64,000 bases of DNA from Andalucia godoyi And28 (lineage: Eukaryota > Protista > Jakobida): NCBI GenBank assembly GCA_009859145.1, contig VRVR01000031.1, forward strand, positions 124,001-188,000. The letters are read 5' to 3'. Of the stretch, positions 7,787-19,116 are shown piece by piece. Position numbers and translations under genes: made by a program. The first letter of the stretch is position 1, and every line of letters begins with the position of its first letter. The notes below the pieces were generated by a model, which saw nothing but the letters and a program-made list of their open reading frames with translations, did not search any database and was not told the DNA's origin.

Positions 7787-10700
7787 TTAGATGGCCAAGC
7801 GACGTTTGATTTCCGAGATCATGTTGTCGATTTGGCCAGCCAGCTCCGCGGACACTAGCCCCGCCGACTTTGCGTTGGACAGGATGGTGATGAACAAATC
7901 ATACGCACGGACAACTGCAACGGGGACTTGGCGAACCAAGACAAGATCCTGCAAGCTCAGCTTGGACGGATCCCTTTCTTCCCAACCATCCGTCTTTGCG
8001 GGCTGGGGTGAAGCACTCTTGTCCAACGGAAGCCCCGACGACGAAAAAGAAGCACATGAAGAATTTGCTCTCTTTCGAAATTGCGATTGCACCTCCCTTT
8101 CGGCTGCAGCGTTTTCTTCCTCTGCATCGTCCCCATCATCATCGAAAGAAATCAGCTGTTCGTCCTTGTCGACAAGCAGCGATGGATACCTCGACTCGAT
8201 GTTGAACAAATACTCATACACGTTCGTGGCATTCGACGAAATGGCAGAAGTCAGATCTTGCAAAAACGACGGAATGCTCAGAGACGAACGAGACATCGAA
8301 CACAGCGCAAGGACCAGGCTGGCAAGCTGGCGCTCGAGTACCTGGAAATACCGGTATTCTTGAAGGTTCGATGTCGATTGCTCCAACACTTGCCGCTGCT
8401 CCGATGAAAACACGTCGCGAATCAGAGCACGCCACAGAAGCATCAAAAGCTCGGCGAAATGATCCGATCTTTTAAATACTCCTGACTGCAGCAATCGCAC
8501 AAGTGCGTTCGTCGCTTGAATGCGCGCCTTGAAATTGCTTTCACGGGTCATGATCCCGCACAGAAAGTCGGTTGCTGCCAAGTTCATTGTGGAACGCTGA
8601 GGATTTAGCGACAAGCTCGCAAAGGCATAGCAGATGTTCCATTTCGTCTTGACAGTTGTTTGCGGATCTTGTGCAACTGCAACCAGACTGTCACGCACTG
8701 CGAGGACGAGCGTCTCTTCCGGCAAACACGACGCCAGGTTCCCCAAGGCTCGGACGCCATTCGACTTTACCTTGTCGGACATTTTCAATACGCGCAGGGC
8801 AACTGGCAGCGCTTTTTCCGTCAACTTGAAAAACACGGGATTGTCCATTGGGTTTCTATGAATCGCATCGCATATATTGGCCAATGCCCACGATGCACGC
8901 ACAGCCAGCGAATTTGGGACCACGAACGATGGTGGTGGAGCTGACGAGGCCGACGAAGCAGTCGCCGCGCCGTTTGCTATCTTGGACGCAAAGAGCAGCT
9001 TTTCAACGATGTCGAGGACGGATTCAAGCAATTCTCCGTCATGCACAAGTGGCGGAAATAATAACAGCGTCCCCATTGCTTTCATCGCAATCGCCGATTG
9101 CGCAGCAGCATGCGGATCACGAGAAAACTGCAGCAGCCGAGCGATGATCTCTTTCCGCGTTGGCTCGGTCAGCGCTGGAAACTGCTCTGCGCTCAGATTG
9201 CATAGCAGATGACATGCAGCAAGTCGCAAAGACGGTAGATAATCACCTTGCAGCGACAATGGCCCCGGTAGTAAAATATTCGTGATCGTTTGCTCCCAAA
9301 CGTGAATATCGACCCCGTCTGGAGAGCTTGTCAAATCATGCAGCAGCTTCATGCAGCAAATCTTCACGTCTTCCGCAATCCCACCAGCGCACCCAACCCC
9401 AACCCCAACCGCAACAGTACCTGTGCCTGCTGCTACCATTGTACTCGAGAAATAGGATGAATAGGATGACGAAGAAGAAGCAGGGCCAGGGGTGCTTCGG
9501 AGAGCTCCACCCAGAAAAACATCACGCAGAGATGGCTCGAGAAGAGAAGAAAAGTATACGGAAAGCCGCTGACCATATCCATATGCGATTTTCGACAAGC
9601 ATACTATTGCGTCCGTTCTCGGGAACAAGGCGACGATTCTCGCCACAAACGCCTCTGTCAGGAACGATCGCATATACTCGAGTGGTTGAGAAGTTGCAAA
9701 GCATGCGCCGAGTGCCGAAACTGCATCCACGGTATTGGACCGCAGCAGCAACGGGACGAGGTCCTTGAGATATGCACCAGACAACTTTTCAAATGCGCAA
9801 TTCTCGATCAGTGTTTGCGCACAACGAAACAACGCGCCGGAGTCATCACCCTTGACATCCAAAGCATACCGAACACAGCCGTGCATTTCTCGAAGCATCG
9901 CACCGAGCGTTTGTCCGGAAGTTACGAACCGTACGTTTGGCTTTGCAGGCCGATCATCCGCAGTTGCAAGATACGGTTTCGAACGGTCCAAGAGACTGGA
10001 AATCGCAGCACAAACAGCGGATCGAACGCGTGCAGAAGGATGATGAAGCACAAGATGAAACAAGTGAGGTGTTTTCGGGCTCGCGCTGAGCGCATCGTGG
10101 TCGGCAAACAGCGAGTTCCAGTGTCCATGAAGAGATTTAGGATTGGATTTCGCAAGACTTGAAAGCAGGCAAAGTGCCGAAAGTTGGATGCGCTCTGCAG
10201 GGTTCGATGCTTGCCAAAGAAGCGACAGGATTGAGCTCGGTGCATCCTTGAATTTGGACCGTGAGGCGACTCGCGGCCTGCTGTTTGTTGTGCTTTGCTG
10301 CTGTTGATCAGGGTCAGACTCGATTTCCGAGGATGTTGAGTAGTACTGGCTTGATCCATACTCGCTATAGATATGTCCGTCGCTATTCAACAAGAGGGAT
10401 GACGAAGACGACGCCGATAATGATGCTGATGATGATGATGGAAGGAAAACGCACGGCCGCAGAAGCGATATGAGAGTGGTGACATGAGGGAGGTGCAGGT
10501 CCTTTGATTCCAGAACCAGAGCGGCAAGTGCCTGTGCCGCGGCGCTGTAGAGCCTTGCGAGATCCTCCGCTTCCTCTCGTTGGCGCGTATGGAACAGGAG
10601 CACTTGGGTCGACAACGACACAAAATTGGACAGGAAAAGATCGAGAAGCTGCGGCAAGAATGGGCCGATGGCGTGTGCATTTGGCCTCACAACAAGATTC

Positions 10701-11188
10701 GCGAGGCATTTCAGTGCAAGTCGCTTGAGCTCTGCGTCGTCTGTTTGTGCGGCGTGCGCCAGCGGACTCACGGCTTCGAAGATTGTGGGTGTCAGTCGAC
10801 CAATGACAGCGGAGTGGCATTCCCGAAACCCCGACAAGTGCGCCATCGACCGTACCAGCCATGCGGCGGCCTCCGGACTCGAGACAAGCGAGAGAAGCAT
10901 GATGTGCGTCCGGAGCACCGTTTCATACACACCCGCGTCCAGCCGCACCTTGTGGTCCACCACCGCCGCTACACACTCTCGCCCGTACTCCACAACCGAC
11001 GCATCGCTCAGCGACTGCAACTGCAACTGTGATTGACTTGACATCTGTCGACTGGCTGCATCCAAACGGCCCATCACCTGCGCGTTGTCCGCATCGCCGT
11101 GCTGCGGCCCCGGGGCCTTCTTCGGAGTCCTGTACGAATTGTACGACCGCTGGGTGCTCCGCGGCCAAGGCTTCCGAACACCAGACAT
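7787..11188 (-). CDS. HEATR6: HEAT repeat-containing protein 6-like (DUF4042)
   Basis: HWNSLF..HLVLHHPSARVRSAVCAAISSLLDRSKPYLATADD..TSGQTLGAMLREMH and C-terminal DKVKSNGVRALGNL, VKTKWNICYA, NFKARIQATNAL. First ATG at 11188; the track ORF starts at a TTG. Confidence 0.85.
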   Translation of the reverse strand: MSGVRKPWPRSTQRSYNSYRTPKKAPGPQHGDADNAQVMGRLDAASRQMSSQSQLQLQSLSDASVVEYGRECVAAVVDHKVRLDAGVYETVLRTHIMLLSLVSSPEAAAWLVRSMAHLSGFRECHSAVIGRLTPTIFEAVSPLAHAAQTDDAELKRLALKCLANLVVRPNAHAIGPFLPQLLDLFLSNFVSLSTQVLLFHTRQREEAEDLARLYSAAAQALAALVLESKDLHLPHVTTLISLLRPCVFLPSSSSASLSASSSSSLLLNSDGHIYSEYGSSQYYSTSSEIESDPDQQQQSTTNSRPRVASRSKFKDAPSSILSLLWQASNPAERIQLSALCLLSSLAKSNPKSLHGHWNSLFADHDALSASPKTPHLFHLVLHHPSARVRSAVCAAISSLLDRSKPYLATADDRPAKPNVRFVTSGQTLGAMLREMHGCVRYALDVKGDDSGALFRCAQTLIENCAFEKLSGAYLKDLVPLLLRSNTVDAVSALGACFATSQPLEYMRSFLTEAFVARIVALFPRTDAIVCLSKIAYGYGQRLSVYFSSLLEPSLRDVFLGGALRSTPGPASSSSSYSSYFSSTMVAAGTGTVAVGVGVGCAGGIAEDVKICCMKLLHDLTSSPDGVDIHVWEQTITNILLPGPLSLQGDYLPSLRLAACHLLCNLSAEQFPALTEPTRKEIIARLLQFSRDPHAAAQSAIAMKAMGTLLLFPPLVHDGELLESVLDIVEKLLFASKIANGAATASSASSAPPPSFVVPNSLAVRASWALANICDAIHRNPMDNPVFFKLTEKALPVALRVLKMSDKVKSNGVRALGNLASCLPEETLVLAVRDSLVAVAQDPQTTVKTKWNICYAFASLSLNPQRSTMNLAATDFLCGIMTRESNFKARIQATNALVRLLQSGVFKRSDHFAELLMLLWRALIRDVFSSEQRQVLEQSTSNLQEYRYFQVLERQLASLVLALCSMSRSSLSIPSFLQDLTSAISSNATNVYEYLFNIESRYPSLLVDKDEQLISFDDDGDDAEEENAAAEREVQSQFRKRANSSCASFSSSGLPLDKSASPQPAKTDGWEERDPSKLSLQDLVLVRQVPVAVVRAYDLFITILSNAKSAGLVSAELAGQIDNMISEIKRRLAI

Positions 11189-11412
11189 TTCCCCCTGGCT
11201 CTCTGCAATGCCACACAAATCCAACGGAAACTACAAACTCAATCCACAATCAACTACACACAGTCAACAACAGCAAGAACAGCAAGAACAGCAAGAAGAA
11301 TGAAGAAGATAAGTGAAATCATGAAAACAGCGTCGGTGAGACACGCTCACAAAATGAGCCCGCCAGAACAGGAAAACGCTCGTATAGCCGCGAACGGAAC
11401 AAGATTCAAGTG

Positions 11413-11540
11413 ATGCTGACTGGTGCCCCCCAAGAGCGAATTACGGCAGGAACATCAGCAGGAGGGCGTTGTGGTCTTTGCAGGTCTTTGTGGAGTCTCA
11501 AGTATTGTGGAACATGGATCGTTTGCACGGCTACACGCAA
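11413..11540 (+). mobile_element. Possible heavily deleted Fanzor2 remnant (Fz-11k)
   Basis: Ordered fragments needing frameshifts: MLT(W)C, LRQ.HQQEGVVV, CGLCG, KYCG, MDR.LHG.RN. Confidence 0.4.
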
Positions 11541-11737
11541 TGGGGTTGCATAAGACGTCATCCACCCACCCACACACGTGCACACACGTGTATATGCGCA
11601 GAGCGAATGAGTAAAATAAGTGACTATGATTAGGATCGAGGTTGAATTGGACCGTCTGTTTGTTTTCTTGTTTTTTGTTTTTGCATTTTTTGCTGTGCAG
11701 TTTTTTCATTTCCAAAGTTACGAATTTACTGAAAAAT

Positions 11738-12007
11738 TTAACCCGACTTGAAGAGAAGAACTGCGACCTGTCCGAGATAGAAATAGATGAAGTTCTTGGT
11801 TTCGTGGGTGACATAGGAGCCAAAGTTGCGTCCTACAATGCAGTGCCAAGTGGGGTTGTACTTCTTGTCGAACTCCTTCTTGATGTACTGGGCAATATCC
11901 TTTTCAATGTTGAACTTCTCCATTGCCTGGGTTGCGCAGTCGATGGCGTCCTGCTGCATCTCTTCCGACATGTCGGCGTTCTTGATCACGGCCTTGCGGT
12001 CAGTCAT
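11738..12007 (-). CDS. DYNLL1: Dynein light chain LC8
   Basis: [72 protein letters not shown] is near-canonical LC8. Confidence 0.99.
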   Translation of the reverse strand: MTDRKAVIKNADMSEEMQQDAIDCATQAMEKFNIEKDIAQYIKKEFDKKYNPTWHCIVGRNFGSYVTHETKNFIYFYLGQVAVLLFKSG

Positions 12008-12698
12008 TTTCTTTCTTGGGAAAAAAACAAGGTTGCCCTGTGATTTAGATCAAAAACAGAAAGAGGTCCGGTTAAATATGAATGAAGAGGGAGAAAGAGA
12101 GAGAAGAGAAAAAGAAAAAGAGAGAGAGAGAGAGAGAGAGAAAAGAGAAGGAAAGGGAAAAGGAAAGAGAGAGAGAAAAAAGGGAAAGAGAAAAAAGGGG
12201 GAAAGAAAGGGGAAACATATAAAGAAGAGAAGAAAAAACCGAAAGAGACAGATGGAGAAATACTGGAGTGGAAAAACGCAGGAAATAGTGTGAAAACGAC
12301 TGAGAGATGTTTGGGATCTACGGGACATTGGAAACAGCCAGTAGGAAACTGAGGTTTTGCACGAGAGTCATGGCTGGCGGGAAGAGCAGACATGACAGGT
12401 CATGCATCAGTCGAAACGGTCGATGGTGTGTAGCTGGTACTTGGTTGTGACTAAGCTCGAGACCCCAGACCCGCCGTCCACTGTCGACCGCTGTCAACCG
12501 TCTGATCCTTCCAGGCATCACTTGATTCCTGCTACTCTCGCCTTTTCGTCCTTTCTTTTTCAATCCGGCACCAGCTGTCACGCGTCATGTTTCCGGGTTC
12601 TTCACGAGCTTCACAAAAGCCCAACGCAAGCAGAAAGCCCCAACGAAGCGTGTGTTCAGCACAAGGGTGAGCAATCTTTTTTTTTCCCTTTCTCAAAG

Positions 12699-13151
12699 AT
12701 GGAGATGATGCGCAAGATGGGCCAGGCGCTCCGAATTACGGGCGACGGGTCTTCGTCTCAGTATTTCTACTCGATCATGGACGACAGCACGTGGGCGTCG
12801 AGCATATCGAAGCACTCTAAGAAGCTTCGTGATCTTCCGCTGTACAAGTTCGACTCGCTAGGGTTCTATCGCCCTGTGGACGATCCCTCGGGGCACCTGA
12901 CGTCCATCTACGGGACCGCTGTGTCGTCGGCAAAGCTCGAGAAGCTGCATCAAGGCTTCCAGAAGGGTTACGCAAAGGCTAATGAAATCATCAATGAGAT
13001 CTTTGAAAAGGAAATTGAAAAACATGGAATGCTCGATTGGCTCCAGCCTGGCTCCACCCTTGCGCTTGGCATGGCGGGCGTCCCAAGCATGCTTCCTATG
13101 ACCGATGCCGAGCGAGCCGCCGAAGATGAAGACGACCCTTCCTCTCCCTGA
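12699..13151 (+). CDS. Hypothetical protein (150 aa)
   Basis: ATG follows a pyrimidine-rich leader, composition is coding-like and it lies head-to-head with LC8; no family recognised. Confidence 0.65.
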   Translation: MEMMRKMGQALRITGDGSSSQYFYSIMDDSTWASSISKHSKKLRDLPLYKFDSLGFYRPVDDPSGHLTSIYGTAVSSAKLEKLHQGFQKGYAKANEIINEIFEKEIEKHGMLDWLQPGSTLALGMAGVPSMLPMTDAERAAEDEDDPSSP

Positions 13152-13283
13152 ATCCCCCCTCGCCTTTTCCCTCTTCGTATCCACATGTGCTGTACATACT
13201 TGCATGAGTTTATAATTTAAAATATAGCTTGCTATTGTTTTCTTGCTAGAAATGGAAAGGTTCGGAGTGAGTCACCACTCTCT

Positions 13284-13493
13284 TCATAGAGACGAAAGAT
13301 TGTGCAGAACAGAGTTGAGAATGTGCGACCGCTCAATCGCGAGCGTTCGGGCATCGATAGGGTCGTGAGGATCGTACAATCGCGAATAAGGAATGAATCC
13401 ACTCGACAGGATCTGCACTTCGGACGGCGCCTGCGTCGTCGCTGCCGTCTGACTGCTCTTCTTCAACACGTACTCGAGCAGCCCAAGAATCAT
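13284..13493 (-). CDS. Possible small protein (69 aa)
   Basis: MILGLLEYVLKKSSQ..LYDPHDPIDARTLAIERSHILNSVLHNLSSL fills an otherwise empty, GC-rich gap; no homology recognised. Confidence 0.35.
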   Translation of the reverse strand: MILGLLEYVLKKSSQTAATTQAPSEVQILSSGFIPYSRLYDPHDPIDARTLAIERSHILNSVLHNLSSL

Positions 13494-13811
13494 CCTGTCA
13501 ATATCAATCACGTAGCGCTGTGTGTATGTCTCTCTCTCTCTCTCTCTCTCTGTCACACACACACACACACAAACATACACGCGCACGTTCTCGAGGAAGG
13601 AAAAGACGAAAAACTGAACGGGAAAATTGCTCAACAAAAAGGAGGGTTTTATTGCAGTTTTTGCGTCCTTTTGTTTTTGTTTTTGTTTTTGTTTTTAAAT
13701 TTAAAACACCCCCTTTGTAGCTTTTTTAAATTGAACGGAGAGTTGGTTGGAGGAGAGTGCTCAAGGCATGTATGCTTTTGGGGTTTGTGTACTAGGGCAG
13801 TACGGAGATAA

Positions 13812-14852
13812 ATGAGAAGAGGAAGAGGATTGCTGAAGCCGCCATTGGCACCGCGCGATCGGATCGTGAGCAGCGGTTCTGAAGAGGTCGGATCCGGTAC
13901 GGCGGAGGTGTTTGTGGCCAAGGAGTGGAATGAGTATTATGACAAGTATTTGGATGTGAGGGTTCGTCAATCGGACTCGTTTCGTGTGTACTGCAAAGGA
14001 TGGGATCGTCCAGGGAACGCAGAGAAGCCAGTCTTGTTTTTGATTCATGGAGCGGGCCATTCGTCCATGTCGTGGGCGCTGTTTGCGCAGGAAATTGAGA
14101 ATGTGAGAATTGCAGCGATCGATATGCGTGGGCATGGCGCAACGGTGGTGGCTTCTGACGAAAGCGATGACTATTCGGCGGAAACACTGGTCGACGATGT
14201 TCTTGCAGTGCTGTGTAAGCTTGTGGAACAGCAGACGGTGGAGGCAAAGACGGGACTCGTTATGTGTGGACATTCGATGGGTGGCGCAATTGCGATTCGG
14301 GCATGTGCATCGGCGCTGGCGGAACCGTTGTTCCCGTGGACCGTGCAGTCGCTGGTGGTGATCGACATGGTGGAGGGGACTGCAATGCACGCGCTTCCAT
14401 TCATGACGCAGCTCATTGCTCAACGACCGGCTTCGTTTGCGACGCTGAAGGAGGCGTACCGATACGCGCTCTCCAACTCGCCGTTTACGTGCAAGAATGT
14501 AGATTCGCTGGCGGTGTCGCTGCCGTCGTTCTTGGTAAAAACCGCGGAAGAGCGATGGGTTTGGAGAACGGATTTAAAGACCACGGAGCCTTTTTGGAGA
14601 GGGTGGTTCGAAGGTCTCTCTGAAACGTTTCTTGCAAGATGCAAGGTGCCCAAGTTGCTCATTCTCGCTGGAACCGACAGGCTGGACACTCCGCTAACGG
14701 TGGGGCAGATGCAGGGCAAATTCCAACTCAAGTTACTTCCGTGGGTTGGCCACGTCGTTCAGGAAGACGCGCCCGGGGCTACCGCACAAGTTGTCCAAGA
14801 ATTCATAGATCGTGTTTCAGCACCCATTCACATTGCAGTTGCACCAATCTAG
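13812..14852 (+). CDS. PPME1: Protein phosphatase methylesterase 1
   Basis: LIHGAGHSSMSWA, DMRGHG, catalytic GHSMGG, VIDMVEGTA, KLLILAGTDRLDTPLTVGQMQGKFQL, GHVVQED. Confidence 0.95.
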   Translation: MRRGRGLLKPPLAPRDRIVSSGSEEVGSGTAEVFVAKEWNEYYDKYLDVRVRQSDSFRVYCKGWDRPGNAEKPVLFLIHGAGHSSMSWALFAQEIENVRIAAIDMRGHGATVVASDESDDYSAETLVDDVLAVLCKLVEQQTVEAKTGLVMCGHSMGGAIAIRACASALAEPLFPWTVQSLVVIDMVEGTAMHALPFMTQLIAQRPASFATLKEAYRYALSNSPFTCKNVDSLAVSLPSFLVKTAEERWVWRTDLKTTEPFWRGWFEGLSETFLARCKVPKLLILAGTDRLDTPLTVGQMQGKFQLKLLPWVGHVVQEDAPGATAQVVQEFIDRVSAPIHIAVAPI

Positions 14853-15085
14853 TTTTGAACATAGGCTACCTTGCTTAGTCACCGCCGAGACAGGCGCAGA
14901 GAGAAGGAGCTTCAATCTCGACAGTTGCTGTTGTTGTTTTTTTTAATTTGCATAGGATGTAGAACGTCTCCGTTTGTGCACGTGCGTCATTCTTGCATCC
15001 CATGTACTTTGTAAGTCAGCCCCTCCCCTTGTAAATCGAAGCTACATACACGGTCATGTACTCCAAAATACCAAAAAAGCAAGAG

Positions 15086-15121
<36 letters not shown>

Positions 15122-15128
15122 ATACATG

Positions 15129-18100
15129 TCACGAGTGCTTTGGAGGTGACTGCAATCGCGTTCCGATTTCGTCGAGTCGGCGAGACAGGGAGTGCCAGTC
15201 AATCTGCTGGTTCGGCGGAGAATCCTGCTCAGGTAGGGAAGCCGCATGCGCCTCTGCATGAAACGAGGGCGAGGTCAAGACATTCGCTGTCCCATTCGCC
15301 GGCACCGCTGTATCCCGGTTCTGAAGTTTTGAAATGTTCCTCACATGAAACTCGTGGGTAGAATCCGAAAACGAACGATCCAACTCCGCAAGAAACGACG
15401 GAGCAACAGCATCCGTCGGTTGACAAAGACTATTCGCAAGCAATTCCAAGCGCCGAATCTCCTGCTCAGCATTCTTTCGATCGACCACCTCGCAGTTCAG
15501 CAAATATCGGATCACCTCGATCATCTGTGAAACCTTGTTTTCGCTGTTCTCAAGCAATCCTTGTGCTTCGTGCCAGGACTTCCTCAAAGTTGAGATCTCG
15601 GCAGCCACACATTCCTTCCACTTTTGGAGTTCCTCCTCCAGCGCAGACTCCCTCATGTGCTTTCGTTTCGATCTTTCCTCAGATAGCAGCAGCCGAAACT
15701 TTGAACACTCTTCTTCCAGATGCGAGACTTTTTCTTGCAGATGCTTATTCCGCTCCGATAAATAATCCTTCTCGTGACTTACAGATTCAAAATCTCGAAC
15801 CAGCTGAAGAAACTCGTCTCGACTCACCACCAATTCAGAGTCGGATGGTAACGGCTCCGGAAGCATATGTGGCAACAAGGCATTCACTGTTTGCAGTCTA
15901 CGTACATTCTGCAATTCCTCCTCGAGTGCTGTAATCTTTTCCCGAGAATTGAAGGCTTCTTTTCGAAGTTCAGGAACAGAAAGCGATTCTTGCTCACAAT
16001 CGTTCAGACGTCGTTGAAGCGTCGACAAGTCTGCCAACAGCGATGCTCGTTCTCGTTCCAGAGAAAGGAGCGACTGTTGGAGTGCACTTTCCTTTGCCTT
16101 GTGCATCTCCAGCGCATGCTCATGAGCTTGGCGTAGACTCTCTAGATGTGTTATCTTTTCCTCAAGAGCGATCGAACGCTTATCATACGCTGATTGTTTG
16201 TCGTTCAGACTCTGGAGATGCACATCACTCAAAAGCGCTTCTCGTTCTTTTGCTCGGTCTGCTCGCAACTTTTCACGCTCACGCTCGAATTCAGATTCTT
16301 TTTCCAGAACAGCTTGTTTCCATTTCTGCACATCATCTTTCATAGTCGCTATTTCAGTGCTGAAAAGTTTGTTCTCTTCGTTCAGTTTCTGAGCCGTGAT
16401 TGACAGTTCCTGGTACTTGCCATGCCACTTGTTCCTCTCGGATTGCCAAAACTCGACAGCATGCTGCAGTTCCGTCGACGATTTCTGAAAACCAACGAGC
16501 TTTGCATTCTCCTCTTCAAGTTCTTGCACTTTCCTATGAATCGCCGAAATGGTAGACTGCGAATACCGAACGTCCTCGGATAACTTGGAATTCCTTTCGG
16601 TCAGGCGCGCGACTTGCAAAACAAGATCAGGAGAAGCACTCGCAACCGTGCTAACAAAAAGACCTTCCTGGTCCCTTTCAGACTTTAAATCTTTTTCAAT
16701 TTCAAGAAGCTTTGCTTGTAATACTTTGCACTTCACGACAAGCTCTCCATTTTCGTCCTCTAAACTGTGGATGCGCTTTCGCAGTTCAGATTCCTTTTCG
16801 CGCCAAACGGCGGATTCAGAACGAATGGCTTGAAATTCTGCGTCACGCTCTTCCAAACTTGCATTGCGGGCTTCGAGCTTGGCAATGCTTGCTGCAAGGT
16901 CCATGTGGTCCTTTTCCAGATGTTGATGAACGTCTTGCAGCTCTTGCAATTCGGAGGCCGCGCTTGAAAGACTAGACTCTAACAAAATTGCCTTCGCCTT
17001 CCAGTCCCGAAGTTCTGACAGTGCAGACTTCTTTCTGTCTTCTTCCACTACAAAGTCTTCTTTCAGAAGACGAAGCTCCTCCCTCACGGACGTCACATCG
17101 TCCTCCTTTCTCTGCAGTTTGAGACACAGGTCGTCAATCCATTGCTTTGCTTCTTCATATTCTTTTCTCAACCGTGAGCATTCTTGAGAAATTGAGCGTG
17201 TATCCATCGCAGCAGCGTCCTTCTCTCGTTTGAGAGTCATATTTTCGTGCTGAAGAAGAGTTGCTGAAGATCGTAGAGAATCCAACTCCCTCTGAATATC
17301 TTCGTACCTTTCCCTCCAGGCAGTTGCGGAAGCTGTTTCTGCAGCCGTGTCGGAGACCAAGGGAAGCTGGTTTGACAGTCCCTTTGACAGCGAACGAGAA
17401 CCACTGGGTGGGCCGCTGCTTCGTCGACCATCAATCGCAGACTGCGTACTCGTCTTCCACTCCTCGTGGACAATCTGATAGGATTTCAAATGTTCCTCAA
17501 GCATGCGAATTTTCGAAGAATGCGATGCAGACATCCTTTCGTATTCGTCATTCTTCTTCAGGGAGTTCTCAAGATCCTTTTTCAATCGTCCATTTTCGGC
17601 ACGCAACGAGCCAACGTCCTCTTCAAGTGATGCCTTGTCGCCCGACACCGCATCCATCCTCCCTTTGAGGTCAAGAAGCTCCTGTCGCAATAGGTCGCAC
17701 ATACTGGCCTGTCCTTCAAGGTCCAGGCACCTGGTTCTCCACTGCGCAATCTCCACGGAAGTCATTGATTCCAAATGGATAATCTTTTCTTCCAGTTCAG
17801 ATCGATTGATTTCGTTCTGATATGCCGTTCTTTGGCAGTCCTCCAAGGTTTTTTGGAGCATAGACTTCAAAGAATGAACAACCTCTGGAATCCTTGAACA
17901 AAGCGTTGGCAAGGCAGCAGTGGAGAATGATTCATGGTCGTTCTCCAGAACAATTGCGAGTTCTCGGAAAGACCTTTGCAACATCCCCGATGTTTCCAAT
18001 GAATGCTCAAGATAATCCACCAGCTCACTGGTTGACAGGCCATCCTCTGCGCTCGATCGCATCTGCATATCATCGTCGCGATTGTTTTTCCACACCAGCG

Positions 18101-18716
18101 TCTTGATTTTGAAAAACATGTCTTCATACTCAATCTCTTTAGACTGTAGTCTCCTGTATTCCCTTTCGAAATCGCGCGATTTGCGCTGTTCAAAGTTCAG
18201 CATGTCTCGCAATTTGGTTACTTCCTGCCGCAAATACTTTGCAACCGACTCCATCTCAGGATTGACAATGGACCGTCCAATTGTGCTATCGCTGAATTTT
18301 GGGTCAAACATTGCGGAAATCGATCCGTTCACAGCATCCGTCGACCGAACATCTGTCTTGAAAGAGGGATACGAGCTCGATGCCGACGCCGGCACGGAGG
18401 ACGGCTTGAGCGTTGGTGATGATAGCAACATTGAGTTCGAAAGAGCAGTCGATTCTCGATGGTTTGCGTGAACTCCGGATTTAGAGAAAGTTGGAAGATT
18501 ATTTTGTGTATCTGTGCTGATCACTCCCTCTGACGATTGCACAGGCAGAGCCGCCATTCGTTTCTGCAAATTTCCGAGATTTGCGGAGTGTGGCTTTCCA
18601 GTTGGCGTCGATGACAATGAAGCAAGGGACGAAGAAGTATCCAGATCCAAGAGCTCGATCAGTGACGACAGATTCGTCCGCTTGCTAGCAGCTCCCTTCT
18701 TCATGTTCGCTGCCAT
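15129..18716 (-). CDS. Large coiled-coil protein
   Basis: About 1195 aa open frame from MAANMKK (18716) with long E/K/L/Q heptad-rich stretches; the upstream track extension translates microsatellite. Confidence 0.85.
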   Translation of the reverse strand: MAANMKKGAASKRTNLSSLIELLDLDTSSSLASLSSTPTGKPHSANLGNLQKRMAALPVQSSEGVISTDTQNNLPTFSKSGVHANHRESTALSNSMLLSSPTLKPSSVPASASSSYPSFKTDVRSTDAVNGSISAMFDPKFSDSTIGRSIVNPEMESVAKYLRQEVTKLRDMLNFEQRKSRDFEREYRRLQSKEIEYEDMFFKIKTLVWKNNRDDDMQMRSSAEDGLSTSELVDYLEHSLETSGMLQRSFRELAIVLENDHESFSTAALPTLCSRIPEVVHSLKSMLQKTLEDCQRTAYQNEINRSELEEKIIHLESMTSVEIAQWRTRCLDLEGQASMCDLLRQELLDLKGRMDAVSGDKASLEEDVGSLRAENGRLKKDLENSLKKNDEYERMSASHSSKIRMLEEHLKSYQIVHEEWKTSTQSAIDGRRSSGPPSGSRSLSKGLSNQLPLVSDTAAETASATAWRERYEDIQRELDSLRSSATLLQHENMTLKREKDAAAMDTRSISQECSRLRKEYEEAKQWIDDLCLKLQRKEDDVTSVREELRLLKEDFVVEEDRKKSALSELRDWKAKAILLESSLSSAASELQELQDVHQHLEKDHMDLAASIAKLEARNASLEERDAEFQAIRSESAVWREKESELRKRIHSLEDENGELVVKCKVLQAKLLEIEKDLKSERDQEGLFVSTVASASPDLVLQVARLTERNSKLSEDVRYSQSTISAIHRKVQELEEENAKLVGFQKSSTELQHAVEFWQSERNKWHGKYQELSITAQKLNEENKLFSTEIATMKDDVQKWKQAVLEKESEFEREREKLRADRAKEREALLSDVHLQSLNDKQSAYDKRSIALEEKITHLESLRQAHEHALEMHKAKESALQQSLLSLERERASLLADLSTLQRRLNDCEQESLSVPELRKEAFNSREKITALEEELQNVRRLQTVNALLPHMLPEPLPSDSELVVSRDEFLQLVRDFESVSHEKDYLSERNKHLQEKVSHLEEECSKFRLLLSEERSKRKHMRESALEEELQKWKECVAAEISTLRKSWHEAQGLLENSENKVSQMIEVIRYLLNCEVVDRKNAEQEIRRLELLANSLCQPTDAVAPSFLAELDRSFSDSTHEFHVRNISKLQNRDTAVPANGTANVLTSPSFHAEAHAASLPEQDSPPNQQIDWHSLSRRLDEIGTRLQSPPKHS

Positions 18717-19083
18717 CAACAAATGGACGTTTCTCGATGCACGCTTCAGATCAGGAAACAGAAGAAACCTGCGCAATGCGTGAAACGAAAAGGCAAAAAA
18801 GAATTGGTTGCACCGGCTTTTTTTTTCTCTTTTCTTTCTGGCGGGTTTGCCATACAGCCGTTGCTCGCTGGGGTAGATACCGGTAGGTACCGGTATTACG
18901 ATCCAACCCAAAACCTCTCCCAAACACTTCGGCTCGCATGCTTGCGCCCCAGACAGATTTTTGGCGTATCTAAAGTAATTTTCTAAATTAGCATCAACGC
19001 ACATCCAAAGAAGTCCACCCTTTTGAGTGGGGACATCCCTGGGTCTGCGCACCTCAAAAACAGACAGACAGACAGACAGACAG

Positions 19084-19116
<33 letters not shown>

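Noticed and set aside
12357-12445. TTGCACG..TCAT..GCTGGCG resembling the reverse of the omega-like tail, with IDR(F)D nearby; similar TTGCACACG at 37206
   Set aside because: Only short discontinuous matches that are compatible with chance.
12483-12500. Recurring (GC)TGTCAACCG / GTCGACCGCTGTCA motif near gene starts (4676, 12483, 19985, 23499, 45152)
   Set aside because: Two occurrences are homologous repeat copies, one more lies in coding DNA, and a 14-mer match is near chance expectation.
13495-13578. Possible 84-nt GTATGT...TTGACAG intron on the minus strand upstream of the small ORF
   Set aside because: There is no upstream coding exon to test it against, and most of the interval is microsatellite; it needs RNA data.
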